Source: Bacteroidota bacterium | GTDB lineage: Bacteria; Bacteroidota; Bacteroidia; Chitinophagales; Chitinophagaceae | Assembly: GCA_048498595.1 (NCBI GenBank) | Contig: JBEHXR010000001.1 | Coordinates: forward strand, 1 to 42,413 | Reading direction: 5' to 3' | DNA: 42,413 bases | In this document: positions 8,239 to 18,597 of the stretch, one piece after another | How positions within the stretch are numbered: the first letter of the stretch is position 1 | Layout of the letters: each line of letters starts with the position of its first letter | Notes under the pieces: model-generated | What the model was told of the DNA's origin: nothing | The model's database searches: none | Seen by the model: the letters and a program-made list of their open reading frames with translations, nothing else | Program-made: the position numbers and the translations under genes

Positions 8239-10542
8239 GTGCTTTTAAACAATCCCATTGATATTAGTGAAGATTTTTATAAACCCGAGAATGAATTTTT
8301 TCTTGCAGGAAATGTAACGCAGTTTGATGCGCAGAAGGCTGAAGGGTTTATCCAATGGAATTTTCATCGCTGGATTTACGATTGGTTCTTTAATAAAATT
8401 GATAAACATCTTCAACCGCAAACAGAAAAATCTGCACCTTTTCAGGATTATGATGTACATCCCCAATGCAAATTTTCTATCAATTTTATTTCTAAACGCA
8501 CTATTCGTTTGCGCATGCAAACAACAACTGCAAAGCAACAAGAACATCCATCATTAATGTTGGTTGATGAACCGCCTATTGATAAAACATGGAAAATAAA
8601 AGAATCAAAAAACGAAATCATTTATAGCGGCAGTGAAGGAAAAATAATCATACAAAAAAAACCATGGCAATTAAAAATATTTGATAGTAATAATAATTTA
8701 CTCACTTCAACAAAAACCTCAGAAACATTATCTGGCATGCATTCCAAGATGCTGCCTTTTTTATTTGTGCGGAGAGCAACAGATAATTCGCGAAGTATTG
8801 CTGCATCATTTTCTTTATATACAGATGAAAAAATTGTTGGATGCGGTGAAAGCTTTACTTCATTAAATAAACGCGGACAAAAACTAAATTTATTTACAGC
8901 CGATACGCAAAGCACAGCCTCGCAACAAATGTATAAACCCATTCCATTTTTCTTTAGCAATAAAGGTTATGGAATGTTTGTGCATACATCAACACCCTGC
9001 ATATTTGATTTTGGAAACACACATGCAGGAAGTCAAGCTTTATTTATTGGTGAAGATGCTTTAGATATTTTTTTCTTTATCGGTTCGCCAAAAGAAATTT
9101 TAAATGAGTACACAAAGCTTACCGGTAAAAGTCCGGTAACGCCGTTATGGTCGTTTGGTTTATGGATGAGCCGTTTTAGTTATCGTTCACAAAAAGAAAC
9201 ATTAGAAGTTGCAGATAAATTAAGAGCAAATAAAATTCCATGCGATGTAATTCATATTGATGCGGGCTGGTTTAGAAAAGGTATTAATTGCGATTATACA
9301 TTTTGCAAAGAAAATTTCCCATCACCTAAAACAATGATGAAAATTTTATTGCAAAAAGGCTTTAAAACATCGCTTTGGCAAATACCATATTTTACACCAC
9401 TCAATCCAATCTTTGATGAAGTTATAAGTGAACAATTATTCATTAAGGACGGTAATGGCAACATTCCCACGCAAGACGCCATACTTGATTTTTCAAACGA
9501 AAAAACAAAAGCATGGTACACAAAAAAATTAAAAAGATTGTTTGCATTAGGTGCATCATGTATTAAAGCAGATTTTGGTGAAGCTGCACCGTTAAATGGT
9601 TTTTATGCATCCCAACGCAGCGGGTTTTATGAGCACAATTTGTACCCGCTTCGCTATAATAAATTGGTAAGCGAAATCACGCAAGCATCAACAAAAGAAA
9701 ATATAATTTGGGCAAGAAGTGCATGGGCTGGGAGTCAGCGTTATCCTGTGCATTGGGGCGGCGATGCGGAAGTTTCTGATATTGGAATGGCATGTTCATT
9801 AAAAGGTGGCTTATCATTGGGCTTAAGCGGATTTACATTCTGGAGTCATGATATTGGCGGATTTTCTGCAGCACCAAATGAAGAACTATTTAAACGCTGG
9901 ACATTCTTTGGTTTGCTTTCATCGCATAGCCGTGTGCATGGCTTTCCGCCAAGAGAGCCATGGTTATTTAGCAAAGATTTTCAAAACACTTTCAGAAAAA
10001 TTGTTGAATTACGTTATAGATTGATACCATACATTTTTACGCAGGCTTACATTGCATCGCAACAAGGTTTGCCATTAATGAAAGCTTTGTTATTGAATTA
10101 TCCTGAAGATGAAACAGCATGGTTTATTGATGATGAATATTTGTTGGGAGATGATTTATTGGTTGCGCCTTTGATGGAAAATGCAACTGCGAGAAAAGTG
10201 TATTTACCTGTTGGACGCTGGATAGATTATCAAACCCAAAAAATATATGAAGGTGAAAAATGGCATTTGATTGAAGCAGGTGAATTGCCCGGAATTTTAT
10301 TGGTAAAAAATAATAGTTTGATTCCATATATTGAATTAGCACAAAGCACAACGTTTATGAATTGGTCGAAGATTGAATGGATTGCCTTTTCGGTTGCGCA
10401 ACAAGCAGAAGGAAAATTATTTTCACCTGAAGCAAATAAACTGCAAACAGTAAGCGCCTCACTTCAAAATAAAAAATGGATTTGGAATAATAAAACTGCA
10501 ACAAAAAATTTCAACATAAGAAATTATACAGAAAATTATTAA
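8239..10542 (+). CDS. GH31 glycosidase (YicI-like alpha-xylosidase/alpha-glucosidase)
   Basis: YKPIPFF, PLWSFGLWMSR, nucleophile motif KADFGE, HWGGD, WSHDIGGF and SHSRVHG; GTG start. Confidence 0.9.
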   Translation: MLLNNPIDISEDFYKPENEFFLAGNVTQFDAQKAEGFIQWNFHRWIYDWFFNKIDKHLQPQTEKSAPFQDYDVHPQCKFSINFISKRTIRLRMQTTTAKQQEHPSLMLVDEPPIDKTWKIKESKNEIIYSGSEGKIIIQKKPWQLKIFDSNNNLLTSTKTSETLSGMHSKMLPFLFVRRATDNSRSIAASFSLYTDEKIVGCGESFTSLNKRGQKLNLFTADTQSTASQQMYKPIPFFFSNKGYGMFVHTSTPCIFDFGNTHAGSQALFIGEDALDIFFFIGSPKEILNEYTKLTGKSPVTPLWSFGLWMSRFSYRSQKETLEVADKLRANKIPCDVIHIDAGWFRKGINCDYTFCKENFPSPKTMMKILLQKGFKTSLWQIPYFTPLNPIFDEVISEQLFIKDGNGNIPTQDAILDFSNEKTKAWYTKKLKRLFALGASCIKADFGEAAPLNGFYASQRSGFYEHNLYPLRYNKLVSEITQASTKENIIWARSAWAGSQRYPVHWGGDAEVSDIGMACSLKGGLSLGLSGFTFWSHDIGGFSAAPNEELFKRWTFFGLLSSHSRVHGFPPREPWLFSKDFQNTFRKIVELRYRLIPYIFTQAYIASQQGLPLMKALLLNYPEDETAWFIDDEYLLGDDLLVAPLMENATARKVYLPVGRWIDYQTQKIYEGEKWHLIEAGELPGILLVKNNSLIPYIELAQSTTFMNWSKIEWIAFSVAQQAEGKLFSPEANKLQTVSASLQNKKWIWNNKTATKNFNIRNYTENY

Positions 10543-10569
10543 CGATTTTTGAAATGCAATAATCACTGC

Positions 10570-12099
10570 ATGAAAAAAACCAATACGCTGTTATACCTGC
10601 TTGCATTGCTTAGAATTATCATTCCTTATTTTTTACAAAATCCTGTTTATGAACCGCACCGTGATGAGTTCTTGTATTTAGCGGAAGGTCAACATTTGGC
10701 TTTTGGATTTATGGAAGTACCACCTATGCTTTCCATTTTCGCATGGCTCATTCATGCTTTAGGTGATAGCATGTTTTGGATAAAACTGGTGCCGTCTTTA
10801 TTTGGCGCTGCAACATTTATTGTTGCAGGAAAAATTGTTCAATCGATTGGTGGCAGATCATTTGCTTTGATTCTTTTATTTTTTTCTTTTTTGTTTGGTG
10901 CTTACTTAAGAATGTTTTTTTTATTTCAACCTAATGCGCCCGAAATATTTTTTTGGACGATGATTGCGTTTAGTTTTATTCGGTTTGCTCAAACAAAAAA
11001 AAAGAGATGGTTGTATGTGTTTGGTGTGAGCGTTGGTTTAGGCATGTTAAGCAAATATTCGGTTGCATTTTATACTGTAAGTATTTTACTTGGATTATTG
11101 TTTACAAAATACCGCGCTGTTTTTTTGAATAAACATTTTTGGTACGCATCAATAATTGGCTTCATTATTTTTCTTCCCAACTTAATCTGGCAATGGCAAA
11201 ATCATTTTCCTGTTATTGTTCACATGAACGAACTGCAACAAACGCAATTGCAATACATAAATCCTTCAGGCTTTTTAATTGACCAGTTGCTGCTATTCTT
11301 CCCTTGTTTTTTTGTTTGGCTTACAGGATTTTTTAATACCCTTTCATCAAAGCAATATCGTTTTATCGGTTTAGCTTATGTGTTCGTGATTATATTATTA
11401 TTGATTGGCCATGGAAAAAGTTATTACTCCGCAGGTGTTTATCCATCTTTGTTTGCATTCGGCGTAGTTTCTCTTGAAAAATTTACAGCAACCAGGCAAA
11501 AATTCCTGCGTTATGCATTTGTAATTTTTGCAGTTGGTTTTGGATTGTTTGTTGTTCCTATTTTATTGCCCATATTACCACCGCAACCGCTTGCTGATTT
11601 ATATGTAAAAATGAATATTCAAAAAACGGGCTCTCTAAAATGGGAAGATCTAAAAAATCATCCGTTGCCGCAGGATTTTTCTGATATGTTAGGTTGGGAA
11701 GAAATGGCGCAGAAAGTTGCAAAAGCATACAACATGATGAACGATTCAGAAAAACGAAACGCAGTTATTTATTGTAACAATTATGGAATGGCGGGCGCTG
11801 TAAATTATTATGCGCCGAAATATCACTTGCCTGCAGCATATAGTGATAATGCAAGTTTTTTGTATTGGCTTCCTTCAAACATAAACATGAAAAGTTTTGT
11901 TTTGGTTACAGACGATCCTCATGAAGAACAACATGATTGGGCAAAAGGTTTTCAGCAAATAACAAAAGTTGATAGTGTTACCAGTTTTTATGCACGTGAA
12001 CGCGACGATTATATTTATTTGTTTAAAGGGGCAGATGCAAACTTTCAAAAATTCTTTAAAGAAAAAATTGCAAAAGATAAAGCGGAGTTTAAATATTAA
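10570..12099 (+). CDS. GT39/ArnT-like polytopic membrane glycosyltransferase
   Basis: HRDEFLY near the N-terminus, many TM helices, SKY, PNLIWQ and GKSYY motifs. Start chosen at ATG 10570. Confidence 0.78.
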   Translation: MKKTNTLLYLLALLRIIIPYFLQNPVYEPHRDEFLYLAEGQHLAFGFMEVPPMLSIFAWLIHALGDSMFWIKLVPSLFGAATFIVAGKIVQSIGGRSFALILLFFSFLFGAYLRMFFLFQPNAPEIFFWTMIAFSFIRFAQTKKKRWLYVFGVSVGLGMLSKYSVAFYTVSILLGLLFTKYRAVFLNKHFWYASIIGFIIFLPNLIWQWQNHFPVIVHMNELQQTQLQYINPSGFLIDQLLLFFPCFFVWLTGFFNTLSSKQYRFIGLAYVFVIILLLIGHGKSYYSAGVYPSLFAFGVVSLEKFTATRQKFLRYAFVIFAVGFGLFVVPILLPILPPQPLADLYVKMNIQKTGSLKWEDLKNHPLPQDFSDMLGWEEMAQKVAKAYNMMNDSEKRNAVIYCNNYGMAGAVNYYAPKYHLPAAYSDNASFLYWLPSNINMKSFVLVTDDPHEEQHDWAKGFQQITKVDSVTSFYARERDDYIYLFKGADANFQKFFKEKIAKDKAEFKY

Positions 12100-12332
12100 T
12101 CGAGCGTTTAAATTATTTTGAAAGTATCACCGCGATTGCTGTACACGTTTTTGCTATGGATGATTTATAGCATCTATAAGTGCAAAAAATATTACTGATT
12201 GTTTAATGTTAAATAAGTTTTCGTCTCAACATTTTTCAGTTTTGTATCAAATAATATTTTATTGTGCTTCTTTTTCGCAGAATTAAGATTTGCATAAATA
12301 GATTTGCCAACCACAATTCTTAGCGCACAAGA

Positions 12333-15300
12333 ATGAATATTTCAGAACTCTCGCTGAAACGCCCGGTACTTGCTACGGTAATGAACATAATGATCATTGT
12401 GTTTGGTGTTACCGGCTTTACATTTCTTGCTGTGCGCGATTATCCTGCAATTGATCCGGCTGTTGTGAATGTGAGAACATCTTATACCGGTGCAAATGCC
12501 GATATTATAGAGAGCCAGATTACAGAGCCGTTGGAAAAACAGATCAATGGCATTCCCGGAATTCGCACACTCACTTCTTCAAGTTCACTTGGCAATAGTA
12601 ATATCACCGTCGAATTTAATTTAGGTGTTGATCTTGAAGCCGCTGCCGCAGATGTACGCGATAAAGTTAGCCAGGCGGCACGTAGTCTTCCGCAGGATAT
12701 AGATGCACCACCGGTTGTTTCAAAAGCCGATGCCAATAGTGAACCCATATTAATTCTTGCATTACAAAGTCCGACAAAAAGTTTATTGGAATTGAGTGAT
12801 TATGGTGAAAATGTTTTGCAGCAACAGTTTCAAACCATAAATGGTGTAAGCTCAGTGGGATTGTTTGGTGAAAAGCGTTATGCCATGCGGCTTTGGCTTG
12901 ATCCGGATAAAATGAATACATATAATGTTTCATTTACCGATTTAAGAAATGCATTGAACTCAGAAAATATTGACTTGCCACCGGGCAAAATTTATGGTAA
13001 TAATACAGAACTCACTATTCGTACCGTTGGAAGATTAACAACGGAAAAACAGTTTCGCGATCTTATTATTCGCGAAGACAGTACCGGCATTGTGCGCTTA
13101 AGTGATATTGCCAATGTAGAATTAGGTGCAGAAGATTATGAGCAAAGCTGGAAGTTTAATGGCGTAAACGCGGTAGGCTTATATGTAATTCCGCAGCCAG
13201 GCGCAAACAACATTGCCATTGCAGATGAGTTTTATAAACGTCTTAATGCTATCGAAACATCTAACCGGACAGATATTCAATTAAAAGTTTTAATTGACAA
13301 TACAAAAAATATTCGCAGCTCACTTGCAGAAGTAAAAGAAACACTCATTATCTCGTTCATTCTCGTTGTACTTGTAATATTTATTTTCTTCCGCAATTGG
13401 TTGATTGCACTTCGACCGTTAATTGATATTCCTGTTTCGCTCATTTCCACTTTCTTTATTATGTACATTGCCGGCTTTACAATTAATGTATTAACACTGT
13501 TAGGTATTGTGCTGGCAACGGGTTTGGTGGTTGATGATGGCATTGTTGTAACAGAAAATATTTTCAGAAAATTAGAAAGTGGGTTGCCAATACGCAAGGC
13601 AGCCGTTGAAGGCAGTAAAGAAATTTTCTTCGCCGTTTTATCAACATCAATCACATTGGCAATTGTATTTCTTCCGGTAATTTTTTTAGAAGGATTTATC
13701 GGAAGATTGTTCAGAGAGTTTGGTGTAACGCTTGCCTGCGCTGTTTTAATTTCTGCATTTGTGTCTCTCACCATAACACCTGTTTTAAATGTTTATTTAA
13801 CTGGAAAGAAAGCAGGGCACGGAAAATTTTATGAACGCACAGAACCCTTCTTTAAAGGAATAGAAAATGGATACAGAAGGTTGCTTGAACGTTTTATGAA
13901 AGTGCGCTGGATTGCATTTGTGATTGTTGCAATATGCGGTGTTATTATTTTGATAACCATGACTAACCTGCAAAGTGAAATTGCGCCGATGGAAGATCAC
14001 AGCAGTATTCGCTTTACCGTTACTGCACCTGAAGGCACGAGCTATCCATACATGCAAAAAATTACAGACCAGATAGCAGATTATTTATACGATTCTGTTC
14101 CGGAACGTGATTTTGTTTTTGCAAGAACACCTGCTTTTGGCGGCACCAATTCAGCACAGCCCCGCATCGGTTTAGTTCCTCCGGATGAAAGAACAAGATC
14201 ACAGGATGCAATTGCAAATGATCTTCAGAAAAAATTATCAAGATTTAACCAGGCGAGAATATTTGCCCAGCAAGATCAAACTATTGCCGTTGGTGCGGGT
14301 CGTTTTGGCTTGCCTGTTCAATTTATTTTGGAGAATATGGATTTTGATAAATTGAAACAAGCCATTCCAAAATTCCTGGATGCTGCACGGCAAGATCCAA
14401 CGTTTTCGAATGTTGATGTGAATTTGAAATTCAACAATCCTGAATTACAACTTTCAGTTGACAGGATGAAAGTGAAAGATCTTGGATTAACTACGGAAGA
14501 TGTGGTGTCTGCAATACAAGCCGCATTCAGCGGCGGTCGTCTTGCATATTTTATAATGGGCGCAGATCAGTATGAAGTAATAGCACAGGTTGAACACAGC
14601 GACAGAAATAAGCCGGTTGATATTTCGCGTTTGTATGTGCGCAATGCAAGCGGACAAAATATTCCGTTAAGCGCTGTTGTGCACTTGGTGGAAAGCAGTA
14701 GCCCTACTACATTGTATCACTATAACCGTTACAAGGCTGCAACTATTTCTGCATCGCTTGCAGAAGGAAAAACAATTGGTGACGGTATTAAAGACATGCA
14801 GGCAATTGCTAACAAAACTTTGGATGAAACATTTCAAACAGCATTAAGCGGTCCTTCAAGAGATTATGTTGAAAGCTCATCAAACATTGGCTTTGCATTT
14901 ACGCTTGCATTGTTATTAATTTATTTAGTGCTTGCTGCACAATTTGAAAGTTTTCTTGATCCATTTGTAATTATGTCTACAGTCCCGCTTGCATTAGCCG
15001 GGGCATTATTAAGCTTGTGGATATTCGGGCAAACACTAAATATATTTTCGGAAATTGGAATGATAATGTTGATTGGACTAGTTACAAAGAATGGAATTTT
15101 AATTGTTGAATTCGCTAATCAAAAAAGAGAAAGCGGAATGGATAAACACGAAGCTGTGCTTGAAGCAGCGAATCAACGCTTGCGACCTATATTAATGACA
15201 AGCCTTGCTACATCATTAGGCGCTTTGCCTATTGCATTAAATATTGGCGCATCAGCCAGCAGCCGTGTGCCGCTTGGTATAGTTGTAGTGGGTGGAATTA

Positions 15301-15395
15301 TTTTTTCTTTGATTTTGACATTGTTTGTAATTCCGGCAATGTATTCGTTTATATCAAGCAAACACAAAGCACATAAAACAGAGATTAGTGAATAA
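12333..15395 (+). CDS. RND efflux permease (AcrB/AcrD/AcrF family)
   Basis: 1020 aa; RPVLA, GLVVDDGIVVTENI, GLVTKNGILIVE and RLRPILMT motifs. A -7 element TAGATTTG lies at 12299-12306. Confidence 0.95.
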   Translation: MNISELSLKRPVLATVMNIMIIVFGVTGFTFLAVRDYPAIDPAVVNVRTSYTGANADIIESQITEPLEKQINGIPGIRTLTSSSSLGNSNITVEFNLGVDLEAAAADVRDKVSQAARSLPQDIDAPPVVSKADANSEPILILALQSPTKSLLELSDYGENVLQQQFQTINGVSSVGLFGEKRYAMRLWLDPDKMNTYNVSFTDLRNALNSENIDLPPGKIYGNNTELTIRTVGRLTTEKQFRDLIIREDSTGIVRLSDIANVELGAEDYEQSWKFNGVNAVGLYVIPQPGANNIAIADEFYKRLNAIETSNRTDIQLKVLIDNTKNIRSSLAEVKETLIISFILVVLVIFIFFRNWLIALRPLIDIPVSLISTFFIMYIAGFTINVLTLLGIVLATGLVVDDGIVVTENIFRKLESGLPIRKAAVEGSKEIFFAVLSTSITLAIVFLPVIFLEGFIGRLFREFGVTLACAVLISAFVSLTITPVLNVYLTGKKAGHGKFYERTEPFFKGIENGYRRLLERFMKVRWIAFVIVAICGVIILITMTNLQSEIAPMEDHSSIRFTVTAPEGTSYPYMQKITDQIADYLYDSVPERDFVFARTPAFGGTNSAQPRIGLVPPDERTRSQDAIANDLQKKLSRFNQARIFAQQDQTIAVGAGRFGLPVQFILENMDFDKLKQAIPKFLDAARQDPTFSNVDVNLKFNNPELQLSVDRMKVKDLGLTTEDVVSAIQAAFSGGRLAYFIMGADQYEVIAQVEHSDRNKPVDISRLYVRNASGQNIPLSAVVHLVESSSPTTLYHYNRYKAATISASLAEGKTIGDGIKDMQAIANKTLDETFQTALSGPSRDYVESSSNIGFAFTLALLLIYLVLAAQFESFLDPFVIMSTVPLALAGALLSLWIFGQTLNIFSEIGMIMLIGLVTKNGILIVEFANQKRESGMDKHEAVLEAANQRLRPILMTSLATSLGALPIALNIGASASSRVPLGIVVVGGIIFSLILTLFVIPAMYSFISSKHKAHKTEISE

Positions 15396-15443
15396 TAATT
15401 TTGAAATTAATGATTGTGAAATTTTGAATTTGATTTAATTGAA

Positions 15444-16736
15444 GTGAAAAAAATATTCATCATATTATTTTTTATCAGCACAAAAATTTTTGCACAACAA
15501 CCATTGCAGTTAAGCAATGCCATCAACATTGCATTGAAAAATAGTTATGATATTGAAGTCTCGAAAAATAATGTGCGCATCAATTCAATCTATAATAATT
15601 ATGGCGTTGCGGGAGGCTTGCCCGTTGTAACTGGCGCTTTATCCGACAGGGAACAGGTTACGAATGTAAATCAAAAATTAAGTGATGGAGAAAATATAAA
15701 CCGCAGTGCGGCATCTGGCAATAATGCAACAGCCAGCGTAACCGGCAGTTTGCTTTTGTATAATGGCATGCGCGTGGTTGCCACAAAAAAAAGATTACAG
15801 GAACTTGAAAGCCAAAACCAGGAATATTTAAATGCTACTATTGAAAACACGATTGCAACTGTGATGACGCAATACTATGATGTAGTACGTCAACAAAGTT
15901 ATTTGCAAACATTAGATACTGCTATTGCCATTGCACAAAGGCAATTGAATATAGTAAAAACGCAGGTGAGCGTTGGGCTAGCAAACAACGCAGATCTATT
16001 TCAATCGCAGATTGATTTAAATGCACTGATTCAACAACAACAATCGCAGCAATTGGTAATTGACCAGGCAAAGACTTCTTTATTAACCACACTTACTTTA
16101 AAACCAGATAGTGCAATTGTAATTGCAGATACAATTCTTATTGATTCAACCATTATGCTGGATGATGTAATGAATAATATTTACAGAAGCCCCGATGTAA
16201 TTGGTGCCAGCATGCAGGTTAACATTAACCGGTTACTCGAAAAAGAAACAGCAGCACAACGTTATCCTTCTGTTTATGCAAACACAGGCTATAATTATAA
16301 TCGTTCACAAGCTGCGGCAGGAAATATATTGCTGAATCAAAACTATGGACCGTATGTTGGGTTGACTTTAAACATTCCAATTTACAATGGCTCTATTTAT
16401 AAGCGGCAGCAGCGAGTCGCAGAAATCAATACAACTAATGCAAGATTGCAGCAAAATATTTTAGTGCGCGATAATACTTCTAATGCTGTAAAAAATTATG
16501 AGGCATACCAAAACTCTTTGCAGCAATTGCAAACACAAAAGGAAAATTATGATCTTGCTAAAAAGCTATTGGATCTGGTGCTGCTAAAGTTTCAGTTGCG
16601 TGTTGCTTCAATTGTCGATTTAAGAAATGCAGAAACAAGTTTTCAAAATGCAGGCTATGCATTGATTAATTTAAGTTATGCTGCAAAAGCCGCAGAAATA
16701 GAAATGAAGCGGCTAACTTATCAGTTAGGATTTTAA
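15444..16736 (+). CDS. TolC-family outer-membrane efflux protein
   Basis: Signal peptide, ALKNS, two repeated halves (LLYNG / IPIYNG), coiled-coil content; directly after the RND gene. Confidence 0.88.
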   Translation: MKKIFIILFFISTKIFAQQPLQLSNAINIALKNSYDIEVSKNNVRINSIYNNYGVAGGLPVVTGALSDREQVTNVNQKLSDGENINRSAASGNNATASVTGSLLLYNGMRVVATKKRLQELESQNQEYLNATIENTIATVMTQYYDVVRQQSYLQTLDTAIAIAQRQLNIVKTQVSVGLANNADLFQSQIDLNALIQQQQSQQLVIDQAKTSLLTTLTLKPDSAIVIADTILIDSTIMLDDVMNNIYRSPDVIGASMQVNINRLLEKETAAQRYPSVYANTGYNYNRSQAAAGNILLNQNYGPYVGLTLNIPIYNGSIYKRQQRVAEINTTNARLQQNILVRDNTSNAVKNYEAYQNSLQQLQTQKENYDLAKKLLDLVLLKFQLRVASIVDLRNAETSFQNAGYALINLSYAAKAAEIEMKRLTYQLGF

Positions 16737-17848
16737 AATTCTTTCTTCTTCCAAATAACATTTCTTTCTTTTAAATAATTCATTACAAAATCAAAACAAG
16801 ATTTGTATTTGCCAACAAGCTCCGGCGGAAAAACACCTTTCTCATTAAATAAATTTTTTGCTATAAGGTTTGCAGAAGCGGTGCATGTGTAACCGGTTGT
16901 TCTGCTCATCGAAGAAGTTTTGGTTGCTGTATCAAAACGATCAAGCAAATTATATTCAATTGTTTGGTTGATTGATTTTAAGATCACGTTCATTACCGTT
17001 AATTCTTCTTCATCATCGCCCAACTTCCATTCATTAAATAAAATTTTAGAAGTGAATTGCAGCGGCGAAATTTCATTTCCATCTATTTTTATTTTTTCTG
17101 TATTGAAGAAGCCGCCTTCTTTTAACGCAATAATTAAATCAATATGACCCGGGTAACGCAACGTTTTTTCTTTTTGATTTTTTATATGCGGCATCGTAAA
17201 TAGTAATGAACGCAAACCATCGGTATTAAATGTTTCAAGCGTTCCTATTTCATCAAACTGCATCCAATCACGTTCAGTTAATGCAGGCTTTACTACAATA
17301 TTTCCATTCTCCATTAAACGTGCCGGGCGTGTATATTCCTCAATCACATCAACAGGCGAAAACGGCGCTTTATATTCAAAAGGTTTTTTACGAATTTTTG
17401 GTAAGCCGCCAACATATATTTCAAATGCATCAATCTTCAGGTCTTCATTATATCGCCCGATAATATAATTGCTCATTCCAGGCGCAACACCGCAATCTGT
17501 AATAACTGTTACATTTTTTTCTTTTGCCAATGCATCAAGCTCTAAAGCATTTTCAGGGAAAAAAGAAATGTCTGCAATATTTTTTCCGCATTCAATAACA
17601 GCTTTCAACGTATCAAAACCCATAAACCCGGGTACAGCAGTTACAATCAAATCAAACGGTGCTAAAAGATTTTTGTATGATGCATAATCTTTTAAATCAG
17701 TTTTAATTGTTTTAATGTTCGCATTTTGTTTTTGTACTGATTGAAGATTGATGTCATTTACATCAACCGAAGTAACTGAATGTTCTTTTGCCAAATCAAG
17801 CGCCATTACTCTACCCACCATGCCTGCACCTAAAACAGCTATGTTCAT
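16733..17848 (-). CDS. Saccharopine dehydrogenase / lysine 6-dehydrogenase family protein
   Basis: GAGMVG Rossmann motif, DCGVAPG, VGGLP and KTLRYPGH. Convergent with the TolC gene, sharing TTAA at 16733-16736. Confidence 0.85.
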   Translation of the reverse strand: MNIAVLGAGMVGRVMALDLAKEHSVTSVDVNDINLQSVQKQNANIKTIKTDLKDYASYKNLLAPFDLIVTAVPGFMGFDTLKAVIECGKNIADISFFPENALELDALAKEKNVTVITDCGVAPGMSNYIIGRYNEDLKIDAFEIYVGGLPKIRKKPFEYKAPFSPVDVIEEYTRPARLMENGNIVVKPALTERDWMQFDEIGTLETFNTDGLRSLLFTMPHIKNQKEKTLRYPGHIDLIIALKEGGFFNTEKIKIDGNEISPLQFTSKILFNEWKLGDDEEELTVMNVILKSINQTIEYNLLDRFDTATKTSSMSRTTGYTCTASANLIAKNLFNEKGVFPPELVGKYKSCFDFVMNYLKERNVIWKKKEF

Positions 17849-17931
17849 TTTTAGAATTTTTGCAAAGATGTGTAAAGCAAACTATTGGCGATAAATTTTT
17901 ATGTACAGAAATTACAACTCAATTTTGAACG

Positions 17932-18597
17932 ATGGACTGGCAAACAATCTGGCTGCAATTTATTGAAGGCATGAAGCAAACAACCTGGCTTGAATATATA
18001 GCAGTATTTACAGGCATTGCCAGTGTTTGGCTGCAGAAAAAAGAAAATATTTGGGTCTTTCCCATCGGTTTAATTAATACCATTATTTATGTATGGATAA
18101 GTGTTGAAGGAAATTTATTCGGCGAAGCAAGCGTAAATTTTTATTATACCGTTGTAAGTATTTATGGATGGATTTTGTGGTCAAAAAAAGATGTGCATCA
18201 GCATCATGTTTTAAACATTGAATTTTCAAATAGAAAACAATGGCTACGGCAATTATTGTTCTTTGCTTTTTTTTATGTAGCTATTTTTTTCATTCTTACT
18301 TATTTAAAAAAATCATTTGCACCAAACGCAATTCCCTGGGCTGATGCTTTTGCGAGCGCAACAGCATATACAGGCATGTGGTTAATGGCAAAGAAAAAAG
18401 TAGAGAGCTGGTATTGGTGGATAGCAACAAACATTGCATCAATACCATTGTACTTTGTAAAACATTATGTGTTTACGAGCGTATACTATTTAATTCTTTT
18501 AATAATGGCTTTTTTTGGTTTGATTGAATGGATAAACAGAGCCAGAAAAATAAAACCTGCATTAATGATAGGTGAACGAACACAATTTTATGATTAA
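17932..18597 (+). CDS. pnuC: Nicotinamide riboside transporter PnuC
   Basis: Multi-TM protein with YGWILW, PWADA and ESWYWWI motifs; adjacent to a NadR-like kinase. Confidence 0.9.
   Translation: MDWQTIWLQFIEGMKQTTWLEYIAVFTGIASVWLQKKENIWVFPIGLINTIIYVWISVEGNLFGEASVNFYYTVVSIYGWILWSKKDVHQHHVLNIEFSNRKQWLRQLLFFAFFYVAIFFILTYLKKSFAPNAIPWADAFASATAYTGMWLMAKKKVESWYWWIATNIASIPLYFVKHYVFTSVYYLILLIMAFFGLIEWINRARKIKPALMIGERTQFYD

Noticed and set aside
10995-11003. A9 tract in the GT39 gene as a possible phase-variation switch
   Set aside because: It encodes a Lys run in an AT-rich genome, the frame is intact, and similar A/T runs occur elsewhere in the window.
12148-12188. Imperfect hairpin upstream of the RND gene as a riboswitch or terminator
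   Set aside because: Weak AT-rich stem with a bulge and no recognizable riboswitch consensus; kept only as a remark in the RND finding.
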